A DNA stretch of 64,000 nt from Candidatus Poribacteria bacterium (GTDB lineage: Bacteria; Poribacteria; WGA-4E; WGA-3G), in assembly GCA_964291315.2 (NCBI GenBank), contig OZ219753.1, positions 1,504,001-1,568,000 on the forward strand, written 5' to 3'. A program made the position numbers and the translations under genes. The notes beneath the pieces were generated by a model. That model was not told where the DNA came from. It saw only the letters and a list, made by a program, of their open reading frames with translations, and ran no database searches. The stretch's first letter is position 1, and each line of letters begins with the position of its first letter. Shown piece by piece: positions 1 through 8,703 of the stretch.

Positions 1-112
1 CGGGACGGTTAGCACTTGACTCAGGTAAACATTCTATGTAGACGGAGTTTTTATAACGCCAAAATCAGCAAAAAACCGCACAGTTTCCAACTGTGCATTT
101 ATGGAGGTACTT

Positions 113-748
113 ATGAAAAAGGGATGGATAGTCTATTTAACACTCACGTTGCTACTAAGTGGGACACCGCTTGTGCAAATAGTCAACGCTGCCCCGACAA
201 AAGGCACACTACGCATCAGTGGCGACAATTCTTGGGTAGCGTTCATTAACGGTGAAGAGGTCGCAGCACACGCAAACTGGCAGGAACCGACTGTCACGGA
301 ATTTGAACTCGACAAAGGTTTCGCTCAGATTGCTATCTATGTACACGATGCTGAACCCGGTGCTGCCGGTAAAGGCGGTTTTCTTGCCGACATTGTCCTG
401 AACGATAAACCCGACTATATCGCAACCGGTGAAGACGGGTGGCGATGTGATACCGGAGAACCTATCGCAGACCGGGCAGACGATTGGACAAAGGTTGATT
501 TCGATGACAGCGATTGGGAAGATGAACTCGAAATCTATGAACAGTTCGGGGCCGGTATTTGGGGCTTCGGTGCTGCAATCATGGAACAAATCCTCAAAGA
601 CCCGGAATGTGAGGCACATTGGGTCTGGTGCGGTCCTAACGACGTCGAGGACGACATCTACTTCCGGTACACTATCGGAACCCTCTCCGTTGAACCTGAA
701 GACAAGCTCGCTACCACGTGGGCACGCATTAAGAGAGAGTCTCGGTAA
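113..748 (+). CDS. Secreted protein with lectin/galactose-binding-like beta domain and Poribacteria-type C-terminal motif
   Basis: GGAGG at 103-107 favours the ATG at 113 (MKKGW); signal-peptide-like N-terminus; motifs GDNSWVAFING, GGFLADI, WTKVDFDDSDW; ends SVEPEDKLATTWARIK. Confidence 0.7.
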   Translation: MKKGWIVYLTLTLLLSGTPLVQIVNAAPTKGTLRISGDNSWVAFINGEEVAAHANWQEPTVTEFELDKGFAQIAIYVHDAEPGAAGKGGFLADIVLNDKPDYIATGEDGWRCDTGEPIADRADDWTKVDFDDSDWEDELEIYEQFGAGIWGFGAAIMEQILKDPECEAHWVWCGPNDVEDDIYFRYTIGTLSVEPEDKLATTWARIKRESR

Positions 749-972
749 GGTGCTGTAACGCGCGTTTGATAGGTATGGAAGTCAACGGAACCACACAGTC
801 AATTCTGTTGATTATCGGTTATCATGATCCTTCGGTTCTCGTACGTGTATTCTACCATATGCAGCGCCGCGATCAGGAGCTTGCCGACCGTGCCTATCGA
901 ACCGACCGAGTGGAAAGGGCAATACGGCATACGATGCTTTAAAGATAAGAAAATAGATTCAATATAGCGCAT

Positions 973-1011
973 GGGGTAGGCGCGGTTTCCTAACCGCGTT
1001 TATCCTAACCC
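973..1011. repeat. GTAG-type REP-like palindrome / possible bidirectional terminator
   Basis: GTAGG-CGCGGTT-tcct-AACCGCG, extendable by ggtagg/cctaacc, between convergent genes. Confidence 0.5.
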
Positions 1012-1014
1012 AAT

Positions 1015-2313
1015 CTATGCGCTACTCTCTTTAACCGCCTCCGCAATCACCGCGAAAACCGTTTCAATGTGTGATGCCTCAAGACATGAATAAGCCACTC
1101 GCAACCCCGTCTCACCGAGCGCGATTGTACCGATGCCGTGGGCATCAAGAAGTCGTTGCCGGACCACTTCAGCGTTCCCGCGTTTAAGGTTCAGACATGT
1201 GAAATAACCGGCATGACTCGGGTACACATCCCAAAGTTTGGCGTACTGTGAATCAGATGCAACTTCTTTCACTTTTAAAGCACGCCCCTTGAGGGTCTCG
1301 TAATTGTGCTGTTTCTGTTCAGTGTAGTCCGACGTTTTCATCGTTTCCAAGATGAGCGTTTGAGAGACTTGTGAGGCGCCAGAAGTGTTTGCTCGGATGA
1401 GTCCACTGAATTTCTGTTCAAGCGGTTGCATCGCTGCCATTCCAAGCCCGAAGGTAAGAAAAGCCACACGCAAGCCCCATGCGTATTCCGCTTTCGTCGC
1501 ACCATCTATCTTCACAGGAACCACGTTCGGGTGGCATCCGACCAACAGTCCGAAAAGCGACTCATGCATCACCGAGGCATCGTACCGCAGTCCTGCGTAA
1601 GCATCGTCAATCATAACGAGGAGATTGCCGCCTCTATCGGCACATGCTACAATCGCATCCACGATCTCTGCTGCCTCTGTGCGATTAATCGCATAGCCGG
1701 TGGGATTATGCGGAAAATTCAGGAGTACCAGCAGCTTCTCTCTCGCTGTATTAGTAAGTGTTTTGCGAAACCCGGTTGTATTAAAGCCGTTATCAGCGTC
1801 GAAAAACGGATAGGTTTGGACCTCCGCCCCTGCCTTTGTCTCGAAAATGAGGCGATAATTTCCCCAAATTTTATCCGCTATAACAAGTACGTTTCCGCTG
1901 TCTACAAAGAATTCGGCAATTAAACTAAACCCATGTGTCATACCACTCGTTACAATCGGTAGACTTAATCTTGCTTCGGAGAGTGAAGGATTCTCTTTCA
2001 AGAGATGTGTTCTCCACGTTTCTCGCAATTCAGCCTGCCCGAGGATGGGGGCGTATCCGTAGACACTCTCCAGGGCGAGTTCTGGCACCAATGCACGCGA
2101 AGCCGGGAGGTGCATGATGTCATTACCTTCTAAGGCGATTGCACGTGTTGCATTGAAACGAGGCGCCTTCACAGTCGCCTCCTCTGTCTGGCTCAAGATC
2201 CCCGCTGGTAGGTAGATGCGTTTCCCTAACTCGGAGAGCAGTTTAAAAACTGTTGGGGCAGTAGCACGAATCTCTTCGTTTAACGCGATTGCTATAGGAT
2301 TTAAGTCCTGCAT
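1015..2313 (-). CDS. PLP-dependent aminotransferase class I/II
   Basis: Motifs LNFPHNPTG, IDDAY, KIDGATKAEYAWGLRV (PLP lysine); 432 aa. Confidence 0.85.
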   Translation of the reverse strand: MQDLNPIAIALNEEIRATAPTVFKLLSELGKRIYLPAGILSQTEEATVKAPRFNATRAIALEGNDIMHLPASRALVPELALESVYGYAPILGQAELRETWRTHLLKENPSLSEARLSLPIVTSGMTHGFSLIAEFFVDSGNVLVIADKIWGNYRLIFETKAGAEVQTYPFFDADNGFNTTGFRKTLTNTAREKLLVLLNFPHNPTGYAINRTEAAEIVDAIVACADRGGNLLVMIDDAYAGLRYDASVMHESLFGLLVGCHPNVVPVKIDGATKAEYAWGLRVAFLTFGLGMAAMQPLEQKFSGLIRANTSGASQVSQTLILETMKTSDYTEQKQHNYETLKGRALKVKEVASDSQYAKLWDVYPSHAGYFTCLNLKRGNAEVVRQRLLDAHGIGTIALGETGLRVAYSCLEASHIETVFAVIAEAVKESSA

Positions 2314-2458
2314 GGCTTCTGGAGCGTAAAGTATATAATTGTTGAAGTTTTGATGAAGTTTAAGAGTCTAAAAAGATTAAGTGGACGTATTGACACAGCG
2401 CGTTCGTAATAGAGCAATTTGTTGCACCGCGACATAAGTCAGGACCAACCTTCTCGTA

Positions 2459-2487
2459 ATTATGGACTGCGATTGCGTTAATGTCAA
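2459..2487 (-). promoter_or_regulatory. sigma70-like promoter for the aminotransferase
   Basis: TTGACA-17 nt-CATAAT on the minus strand. Confidence 0.55.
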
Positions 2488-2549
2488 CTAATTTCTGTCA
2501 CTATTTGTTAAATTAGAAAGGAACATGGACTTCAGGGATAGGAGCGAAT

Positions 2550-3629
2550 ATGAAAGTACTTCTGAAAAGTCTGACGTTGCTGATTATACTTACCATCGCC
2601 ATCGGTGGCGGTATCTGTTTCTATCTTCTTCATGCACCGCCGCTTGAGCAGACAGGGGTTCCGAAACTCCAAATCCACAAACGGACAGCTCTCCGCGGTA
2701 GACCGACAGTCGATTCAAAGCCGATTGTGTACACCAAAGATGTCTATCGGTTTAGCCTGGATCCGCAATACATCAGCAATTTGAACAATCACAAATTAGC
2801 ACGTGAGCTCCTATTTAGCGCCTCGCTGGGACACCGCGCAGATTGGAAGGCGCAACCCTTGGATGTAGCGTTAAACACAGCAACGGATTGGCAAAAAATG
2901 TTTGCTGATTTGACTGAAAACATTCGATTCCACCCGAGTGCGTCCCCGATTGAAGTCTTGCTAAGCGGAGAGGAGTGGTTGCTCAGAGATGCAACAGGGG
3001 CCGCCTATACAGTCGTCAGAAGAAACAACACTGTTGGCGTTTACTTACCTGACCTCAAAGAGGCGTTTGATGTCAGCAAAGTCTCGCTCTCCACCGATCT
3101 GGAGGTCTTGACAGAAGAAGAAAGCAGACGGTGGCTTATTAAAGACAAAAAATATAAACAGACTTATAGGATTGAAAAGACTGCCGAAAAATTGAACGTC
3201 TATCAACAATCAAAGTTTGAGATCCTCGCTTTTCTTTTTGAGACAGAGCCAACTTTCCAAACCGCTCTTGCAGATGGAGAGTTACCGACTCAATTCATTC
3301 AGGAATTTGTTAAGGAGGATCTCCCTTTCTCCCGCCAGTCAGAAGTATCCGTAGCGGAAGACGGGGCGAGCTGGACAATAAGCAGTTCACCGCTAAAATA
3401 TGACGTTCTCAGAGAACACAACCGTCTGAAGGTCTATCTGAATCTTGACAGCAAATGGATCCGTGTCAAGATTGATGACGAAACAAAAGGATGGGTTCAA
3501 AGAGAGCGCGGAACCATTTTCATGCCGCCGCCACCGACCGTTAGTTCACGTCAAAAAGGTAAAGAACGCCTGCTGCTCCTTATAGAAAAAATAAAGGGCA
3601 AAATCGGAGTATCTGAGGCAGAAAATTAA
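2550..3629 (+). CDS. Membrane-anchored hypothetical protein; split SH3b-like domain with three inserted ~70 aa modules
   Basis: N-terminal TM helix; SH3b-like pieces TALRGRPTVDSKPI / FEIL / KWIRVK..KGWV; repeated W-x-I..Y-x-I/V..L-x-VY blocks; AGGAG RBS. Confidence 0.7.
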   Translation: MKVLLKSLTLLIILTIAIGGGICFYLLHAPPLEQTGVPKLQIHKRTALRGRPTVDSKPIVYTKDVYRFSLDPQYISNLNNHKLARELLFSASLGHRADWKAQPLDVALNTATDWQKMFADLTENIRFHPSASPIEVLLSGEEWLLRDATGAAYTVVRRNNTVGVYLPDLKEAFDVSKVSLSTDLEVLTEEESRRWLIKDKKYKQTYRIEKTAEKLNVYQQSKFEILAFLFETEPTFQTALADGELPTQFIQEFVKEDLPFSRQSEVSVAEDGASWTISSSPLKYDVLREHNRLKVYLNLDSKWIRVKIDDETKGWVQRERGTIFMPPPPTVSSRQKGKERLLLLIEKIKGKIGVSEAEN

Positions 3630-3638
3630 GCGCAAAAT

Positions 3639-4844
3639 GTGATGAAGATCCTTTTCCTGTCCCCTACCGTGCCATTTCCGCTCACCGATGGGGGGCGCAT
3701 TCGGGTGTTTAACCTTCTCAAACAGATCGTCGAAAAGAATGAAGTAACGCTAATCGCTTTGGAGACACAACCGACAGACGCAGACGGGGTCTCGGAACTC
3801 CAAGCTTTAGGCGTTCAAGTCCATCTCGTGCCAAATGCCCCGAACCTCCCCGACGTATCATTTGGTACACTTGCTAGCGCTTTTTTCAAACAACAGCCCA
3901 TTACCGTCGCCCGCTACAATGTAACCGCCTATCGTCAAAAACTGAAAACATTGCTAGCAAAAGAGCGCTTCGACCTTATCCACTATGAGATGCTCCACAT
4001 AGCACAGTTCCATACAGAAACCGAGCTACCGGGGGTACTTTCGCTGCAAAATGTCGATTCTGCTATCTGGCGCAGACTCTGTAGTGAGACTGCTAACCCG
4101 TTCTATAAATTTGCCTATTGGACGCAGCAGCTTGCTTTTCAACGGTACGAACGGGCGCTAAGCCCGAAATTCGATGCCGTTACGTGTACCTCTGACATCG
4201 ATGCCTCTGTTTTTAAGCAGTACTGTTCGAAGGGTGCTATTGAGGTAATTCCGAACGGTGTAGATGTGAGGCACTACCATCCAGACTTCACCGCTGAAGC
4301 CTCTGCACACCTCCTCTATATCGGAAGCATGGATTGGTATCCGAACGAGAACGCAGTCGTCTTCTTTGCCGATGAAGTATTCCCGCGAATTCAGAAGAAC
4401 GTCCCCGATGCAGTGTTCTGGATTGTCGGTGGAAACCCATCAAGGAGCGTGAAAAAGCTGGCAGAACGAGAGGGAATCGTTGTCACAGGGCGCGTGCCAG
4501 AAGTCAAACCCTATTTTGCGGAAGCAACAGTTTTTGTTGTGCCGTTGCGCATCGGGAGCGGCACCCGCCTGAAAATCCTCGAAGCACTAGCGATGGGGAA
4601 AGCAGTGGTCTCCACGACTGTCGGCGCCGAGGGGTTAAACCTCAAAGATGGCGAGGAAATCTTCATCGCTGATGAACCAACCCCGTTTGCTGAAGCCGTC
4701 ACCCAGATGATCACGTCGCCGAAACTCCGCCGCAGGATTGGCGAAAACGGGCGCACCCGTGTTGAGCAAGACTACGACTGGCGGCGCATTGGCGAGAAAC
4801 TCCATAGCCTCTATACCAAAATTCTTTTAACCGAGAACCATTGA
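3639..4844 (+). CDS. Glycosyltransferase family 4 (GT-B)
   Basis: PFPLTDGGRIR, VIPNGVD, GSMDWYPN, GSGTRLKILEALAMGKAVVST. Confidence 0.9.
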   Translation: MMKILFLSPTVPFPLTDGGRIRVFNLLKQIVEKNEVTLIALETQPTDADGVSELQALGVQVHLVPNAPNLPDVSFGTLASAFFKQQPITVARYNVTAYRQKLKTLLAKERFDLIHYEMLHIAQFHTETELPGVLSLQNVDSAIWRRLCSETANPFYKFAYWTQQLAFQRYERALSPKFDAVTCTSDIDASVFKQYCSKGAIEVIPNGVDVRHYHPDFTAEASAHLLYIGSMDWYPNENAVVFFADEVFPRIQKNVPDAVFWIVGGNPSRSVKKLAEREGIVVTGRVPEVKPYFAEATVFVVPLRIGSGTRLKILEALAMGKAVVSTTVGAEGLNLKDGEEIFIADEPTPFAEAVTQMITSPKLRRRIGENGRTRVEQDYDWRRIGEKLHSLYTKILLTENH

Positions 4845-4893
4845 ATTCGCTTATAGGATCTGCCTCCCGCTGCGACCTTCTTACCCTCTTCTT

Positions 4894-4930
4894 GTAGGCA
4901 GGATTTATAAATCCGGATCTTCTTTCTTTC
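4894..4930. repeat. GTAG-type REP-like palindrome / terminator
   Basis: GTAGGCA followed by perfect palindrome GGATTTATAAATCC and a T-rich tail, between convergent genes. Confidence 0.4.
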
Positions 4931-4983
4931 TGGCAGGGGTTTCTCACACTGATACGCTTTTCTAGTGAAACAGATGCCAGGTA

Positions 4984-5739
4984 TTAGTTATTTGTTTTCT
5001 CTTGTAGGCGTTTTATTTCAGCCAATGCCTCGGCGAGTTCGGAGTCTGCTTGTTGTCGTGCTTTTGCCTCTGCTGCTGCGCGTGCCTCAGCCTCTTCTGC
5101 TTGTTCTTCTGCTTGTTGTCGTGCTTTTGCCTCTGCTGCTGCCCGTGCCTCAGCGTGTCTAACCTGTCTGTCCAAAGGCTCCAGCCACACCGAACGCACC
5201 GGATCATACAAACCGAGAACACCATCACGCTCGCCTAACTCTAAACCCAGCACAACCGACGGCAAACGATCATCCACAAACCCTATCTCCTGATACACGC
5301 CATCAACAAGACGATACCCGAGAAAAGCGGGCGACACCTCGCCATAGGGATCGTAAATGTAATACTCACGCACACCCAGCACCGACGCATATAACTCACG
5401 CTTCGTCGTCAAATCCTGCCGATAGGTGCTCCTGCTCGCCAACTCTAACACAAAATCGGGAGCGTGTCCCTCTTCCCACACCCGATAGGTGCGCCGCTGC
5501 TTTTTGCTCACACCGAAGACAACGAATACATCCGGAGACACCGATTTCCTCGGGTTGCCCTCCTCATAATACATCATCAGATTGCCAGAGACATGCACAT
5601 CGTCGACGTTGCGGAAGTGGTGCTTGAGCATTTGAATGCAATCCATCATGAGGTCTCTGTGTTTCTCGGTCTCTGCCATAGGTTTACCGTCCGATTCGGG
5701 ATAGACGAGCGTTGGAGCGGCTTTTATTCTTCTGTCCAT
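4984..5739 (-). CDS. Uma2 (DUF820) family PD-(D/E)XK endonuclease-like protein with coiled-coil tail
   Basis: YPESDGKPMAET, VSPDVFVVFG, APDFVLELAS, LGVREYYIYDP; GGAGG favours ATG at 5739. Confidence 0.9.
   Translation of the reverse strand: MDRRIKAAPTLVYPESDGKPMAETEKHRDLMMDCIQMLKHHFRNVDDVHVSGNLMMYYEEGNPRKSVSPDVFVVFGVSKKQRRTYRVWEEGHAPDFVLELASRSTYRQDLTTKRELYASVLGVREYYIYDPYGEVSPAFLGYRLVDGVYQEIGFVDDRLPSVVLGLELGERDGVLGLYDPVRSVWLEPLDRQVRHAEARAAAEAKARQQAEEQAEEAEARAAAEAKARQQADSELAEALAEIKRLQEKTNN
5045..5154. repeat. 47-bp direct repeat x2 (period 63) in the Uma2 tail
   Basis: 5045-5091 and 5108-5154 differ at one base; encode AEARAAAEAKARQQA. Confidence 0.9.
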
Positions 5740-5782
5740 GGGACTACCTCCTGCCTCTACTATCATATTAACTTATATGATG

Positions 5783-5811
5783 AAGTATATCACACAGAGA
5801 CCTAGATATCA
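5783..5811 (-). promoter_or_regulatory. sigma70-like promoter of the Uma2 gene
   Basis: TTGATA-17 nt-TATACT with extended TG; TCATAT-N6-ATATGA inverted repeat just downstream. Confidence 0.55.
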
Positions 5812-5877
5812 AACGGATTCTAAGCTGGGCCTTCGAGCGGTGTTTCTCTCGACTCGTGGTTTGTATAACAGGGGCCC

Positions 5878-8703
5878 CTACACTTCTTCAACCTCAATGC
5901 CGAGTGCGCGGAGCTGCTCCTTGAGCTCTTCGTAAGCGCCCTCCGAGATTTCCCCATCAGAGGCGTGCAGCTGGATCTGTACGTCTTGAAAACTTGATTG
6001 CAGATGGTGCAAGAGCTGTAAGACATCGCTCACTTTTCCGGATGGCAGTGTAAAGCGGATACCGATTTCGGTCTTGGTAAGAACCGGTGTTGGCGGCGGG
6101 GACGGCTCGGGCGGCGGTGAGTAGTCGTCGGTGGTTGGCACCTCTGCCGTTCCTAATTCTGTCGAAGGGGGATGGACGATCAATCTTTTGCAAAGTGATG
6201 CAGCGAGGATCAGTTCATTGTCCTCAAAGGTAAGCGGCGGGCACTTCTCCATAAACGCACGCGGCACGAGTGTATCACCGAGGTTCTCACCGAGACCAAA
6301 CACACCGCTCTCAACGCCTTCACGGATCGCCGCCTCCCACACAGCGCGAAGCGGGCGTGCACAATTATCGCCTCCCGACGCATATGAGAACGGGTGAGAC
6401 GTGGAAATCGCATCGGTGTCTCCCAGGTACTCGCGGAGGATATCCTCGGTTGTGATGCGCTCACGGATGAGATGCGGCTTCATAATCACTTCGCTATCCT
6501 CTAAGGTTACCTCTGACGGCAGCTCCCTAAAGGTGCCGGGGATCAGTTTATCGGCTGTTTTCTCACCGAGGGCGAAGAACCCCTTTTCAACACCTTCCTT
6601 GATGCTCGCTACCCATGCATCCCGAAGAACCCGCTGCTCTCCCGGCGCACGCAGACTCGTGTGGAAGAGTTGTGCCGTCGGCAGTAGCTCCCGCTCGTTC
6701 TGATCAAGATAGCGGATTGAGATGTTTCGCGGCCCGATGCTTGTTAAGACGTGCTCTTTCATACAGAGCATCTCATAGACGTCCTCATCAAGCGGCTTGT
6801 CCATACCGGAGGCAGGCAGTCCGAGGTCTTCGGTATCGAAACCGTCCCTGGTCGGTATCAGCACCATTCGATAGTCTTGACGTGCCGCGGCTTTCAAGGC
6901 ATCTCTGGACTGCTTGAGCGTGTTGTTAATCTCTTGCCGCTGTGCCTCAGATAGGTTCAGTGCCTTATCTTTCTTAATCTCTTCGTAGGCAAGCATCTCT
7001 TTTGTCTTTTCTTCTAATTGCTCGGGTGTCCCTGATACTGGCACGAGGAAAAAGAGCGTATTGCGGTAAATGCGCGGCTTGTCACCGCGAGACTCGCTGA
7101 GCCTTTGGCAAAGTGTGTCATCTTGTTTGGAGAGAACCACCAGCTTCAGTTCCTCGGTGTCCGGGATATCAGTGCTCTTCGTCGGCGAGATATACGTCTG
7201 CATTTTAGTTGACGTAGCGGTGAGTTGCTGAAGTTGAGCGTGCATCCCTTTCGCAACGTCTTCAGGCGCGAGGTTCTCCATCCGGGTGCGCACAATCCGC
7301 CTCAGATTCGGTTGCGTGTCAAAATAAGCAGTGCCGTTCTCGGTGCGGAGGTAAAAGAGATGCTCAGCCAGCTGGCTCTTCGCTGAATCTATGATCGCCG
7401 CGGGTTGATCCATCGGCACCGTGCTGCGTTTGACCTCTTCGGGACGCGCGCCTCGCTCCACACCGCCCGTAAACGAATACAAGAAGATAGTCGTGGCCGT
7501 GCGACTGCCGAGCGCCAACTTCTCGTAGGCAGCACCCAGGGCGTTATCGGCAGCCTTTGCACCCGCGTTGTAGCCTGTGATGTCGCTGGCGATGACGCTT
7601 TTGTATTGAGCGTCTATGTGTTCGAGGAGTTCCTCGCGAATATCGGTATCGGCTAAGTCAAAATCGGCAAGCGTCAGATACGGACGCTGCTTGCCACATG
7701 CACGATGCACCACGCGTGAGAGCAACCTGAGCACGCCTCTTGTTCGTTGAAAGTTGGGAAAACTGCCCCATCTATGATATAGCACCTCTATAACCTCGGG
7801 CAGGAACGGATAACTCGCTAGGAACCGCTCTCTATATTCGGACTCTTGTGTGCCTATTGGCAGAATGCCTTCTTTTCTCGCGTGCCGGGCGAAGTCGCGA
7901 ACTATCTTCTTAGCCTCGGTGTGCTTGAAATCGTCTTTAGAGAAGAGCCGGCGCCGGATGATGCTGGCGATATCGGCATCGTTGACAGGCGTGATCGTCC
8001 GTCTCATTCTGTTTAGCAGCTCTCGGAAGAGCGGAAAATCACTCGCAAGTGGGGCGACTTCGCTCTCTTGCAGCGTTACAACAAAGACGACGTGCGGAGA
8101 GGCTGCCACCGCCTCTGTCAGCGAAAGCATAAACGCGATGCTCTGCTCGGCTAAGGTGCTGCCTTCCACAGCGACGCCCGCAGCACGCGCCAGGTAGTGC
8201 AGCACCTCGTCCATCAAGATCAGCACCGGTCTGCCGCTATTGTTGAACAACTCCGAGATGCGGTTGCTGCCGGGGGCGATCTGTGTGTCGAAGTGGGTGA
8301 TCCGTCCCGTGAGCTGCCTCTCTATCTCTCCCCAGAAGGTGTCGGTGGTGTCTATCTCGGAGCCGACAATGGCGACGGGCGTTGCGTTCCACTCCTTCGC
8401 TTTGTGGTAAAGAGCGATGAGCGTGTGCGTTTTGCCGCCGCCAAACGGGGTCTGCAGCTGCAGGATCGGGTCCTGGTTCTGGCGGGCTCGCCCTTTTAGT
8501 CGTCCCTCGATGCCAGAGATCAAGCCTTTCAAGCCATCGGTGAGATAGGTTTTCTGAAAGAACTGCTGGGCGTTTTTGTACTCCGAGGGTCCTTGGTTTT
8601 TGACCACCTGTCCGAGCTTCGCGGCATAGGTGTCGGCTGTGAAGAGGCCGCGTAGGATGTCTCTATGCGGTTTGGCGATCGTTTCAAATGCTACCGGTTT
8701 CAT
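5878..8703 (-). CDS. DUF499 family AAA+ ATPase (defence-associated)
   Basis: AKPHRDI, Walker A QTPFGGGKTH, Walker B LILMDE, IIRRRLF, YPFLPE, FQRTRGVLRLL; ATGA overlap with the upstream methylase. Confidence 0.9.
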   Translation of the reverse strand: MKPVAFETIAKPHRDILRGLFTADTYAAKLGQVVKNQGPSEYKNAQQFFQKTYLTDGLKGLISGIEGRLKGRARQNQDPILQLQTPFGGGKTHTLIALYHKAKEWNATPVAIVGSEIDTTDTFWGEIERQLTGRITHFDTQIAPGSNRISELFNNSGRPVLILMDEVLHYLARAAGVAVEGSTLAEQSIAFMLSLTEAVAASPHVVFVVTLQESEVAPLASDFPLFRELLNRMRRTITPVNDADIASIIRRRLFSKDDFKHTEAKKIVRDFARHARKEGILPIGTQESEYRERFLASYPFLPEVIEVLYHRWGSFPNFQRTRGVLRLLSRVVHRACGKQRPYLTLADFDLADTDIREELLEHIDAQYKSVIASDITGYNAGAKAADNALGAAYEKLALGSRTATTIFLYSFTGGVERGARPEEVKRSTVPMDQPAAIIDSAKSQLAEHLFYLRTENGTAYFDTQPNLRRIVRTRMENLAPEDVAKGMHAQLQQLTATSTKMQTYISPTKSTDIPDTEELKLVVLSKQDDTLCQRLSESRGDKPRIYRNTLFFLVPVSGTPEQLEEKTKEMLAYEEIKKDKALNLSEAQRQEINNTLKQSRDALKAAARQDYRMVLIPTRDGFDTEDLGLPASGMDKPLDEDVYEMLCMKEHVLTSIGPRNISIRYLDQNERELLPTAQLFHTSLRAPGEQRVLRDAWVASIKEGVEKGFFALGEKTADKLIPGTFRELPSEVTLEDSEVIMKPHLIRERITTEDILREYLGDTDAISTSHPFSYASGGDNCARPLRAVWEAAIREGVESGVFGLGENLGDTLVPRAFMEKCPPLTFEDNELILAASLCKRLIVHPPSTELGTAEVPTTDDYSPPPEPSPPPTPVLTKTEIGIRFTLPSGKVSDVLQLLHHLQSSFQDVQIQLHASDGEISEGAYEELKEQLRALGIEVEEV

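Noticed and set aside
9-35. CIRCE (HrcA) operator
   Set aside because: Only the left half TTAGCACT is present; no GAGTGCTAA arm
4965-5238. Cys-rich or Leu-rich small ORFs
   Set aside because: Alternative-frame and antisense shadows of the Uma2 tail repeat
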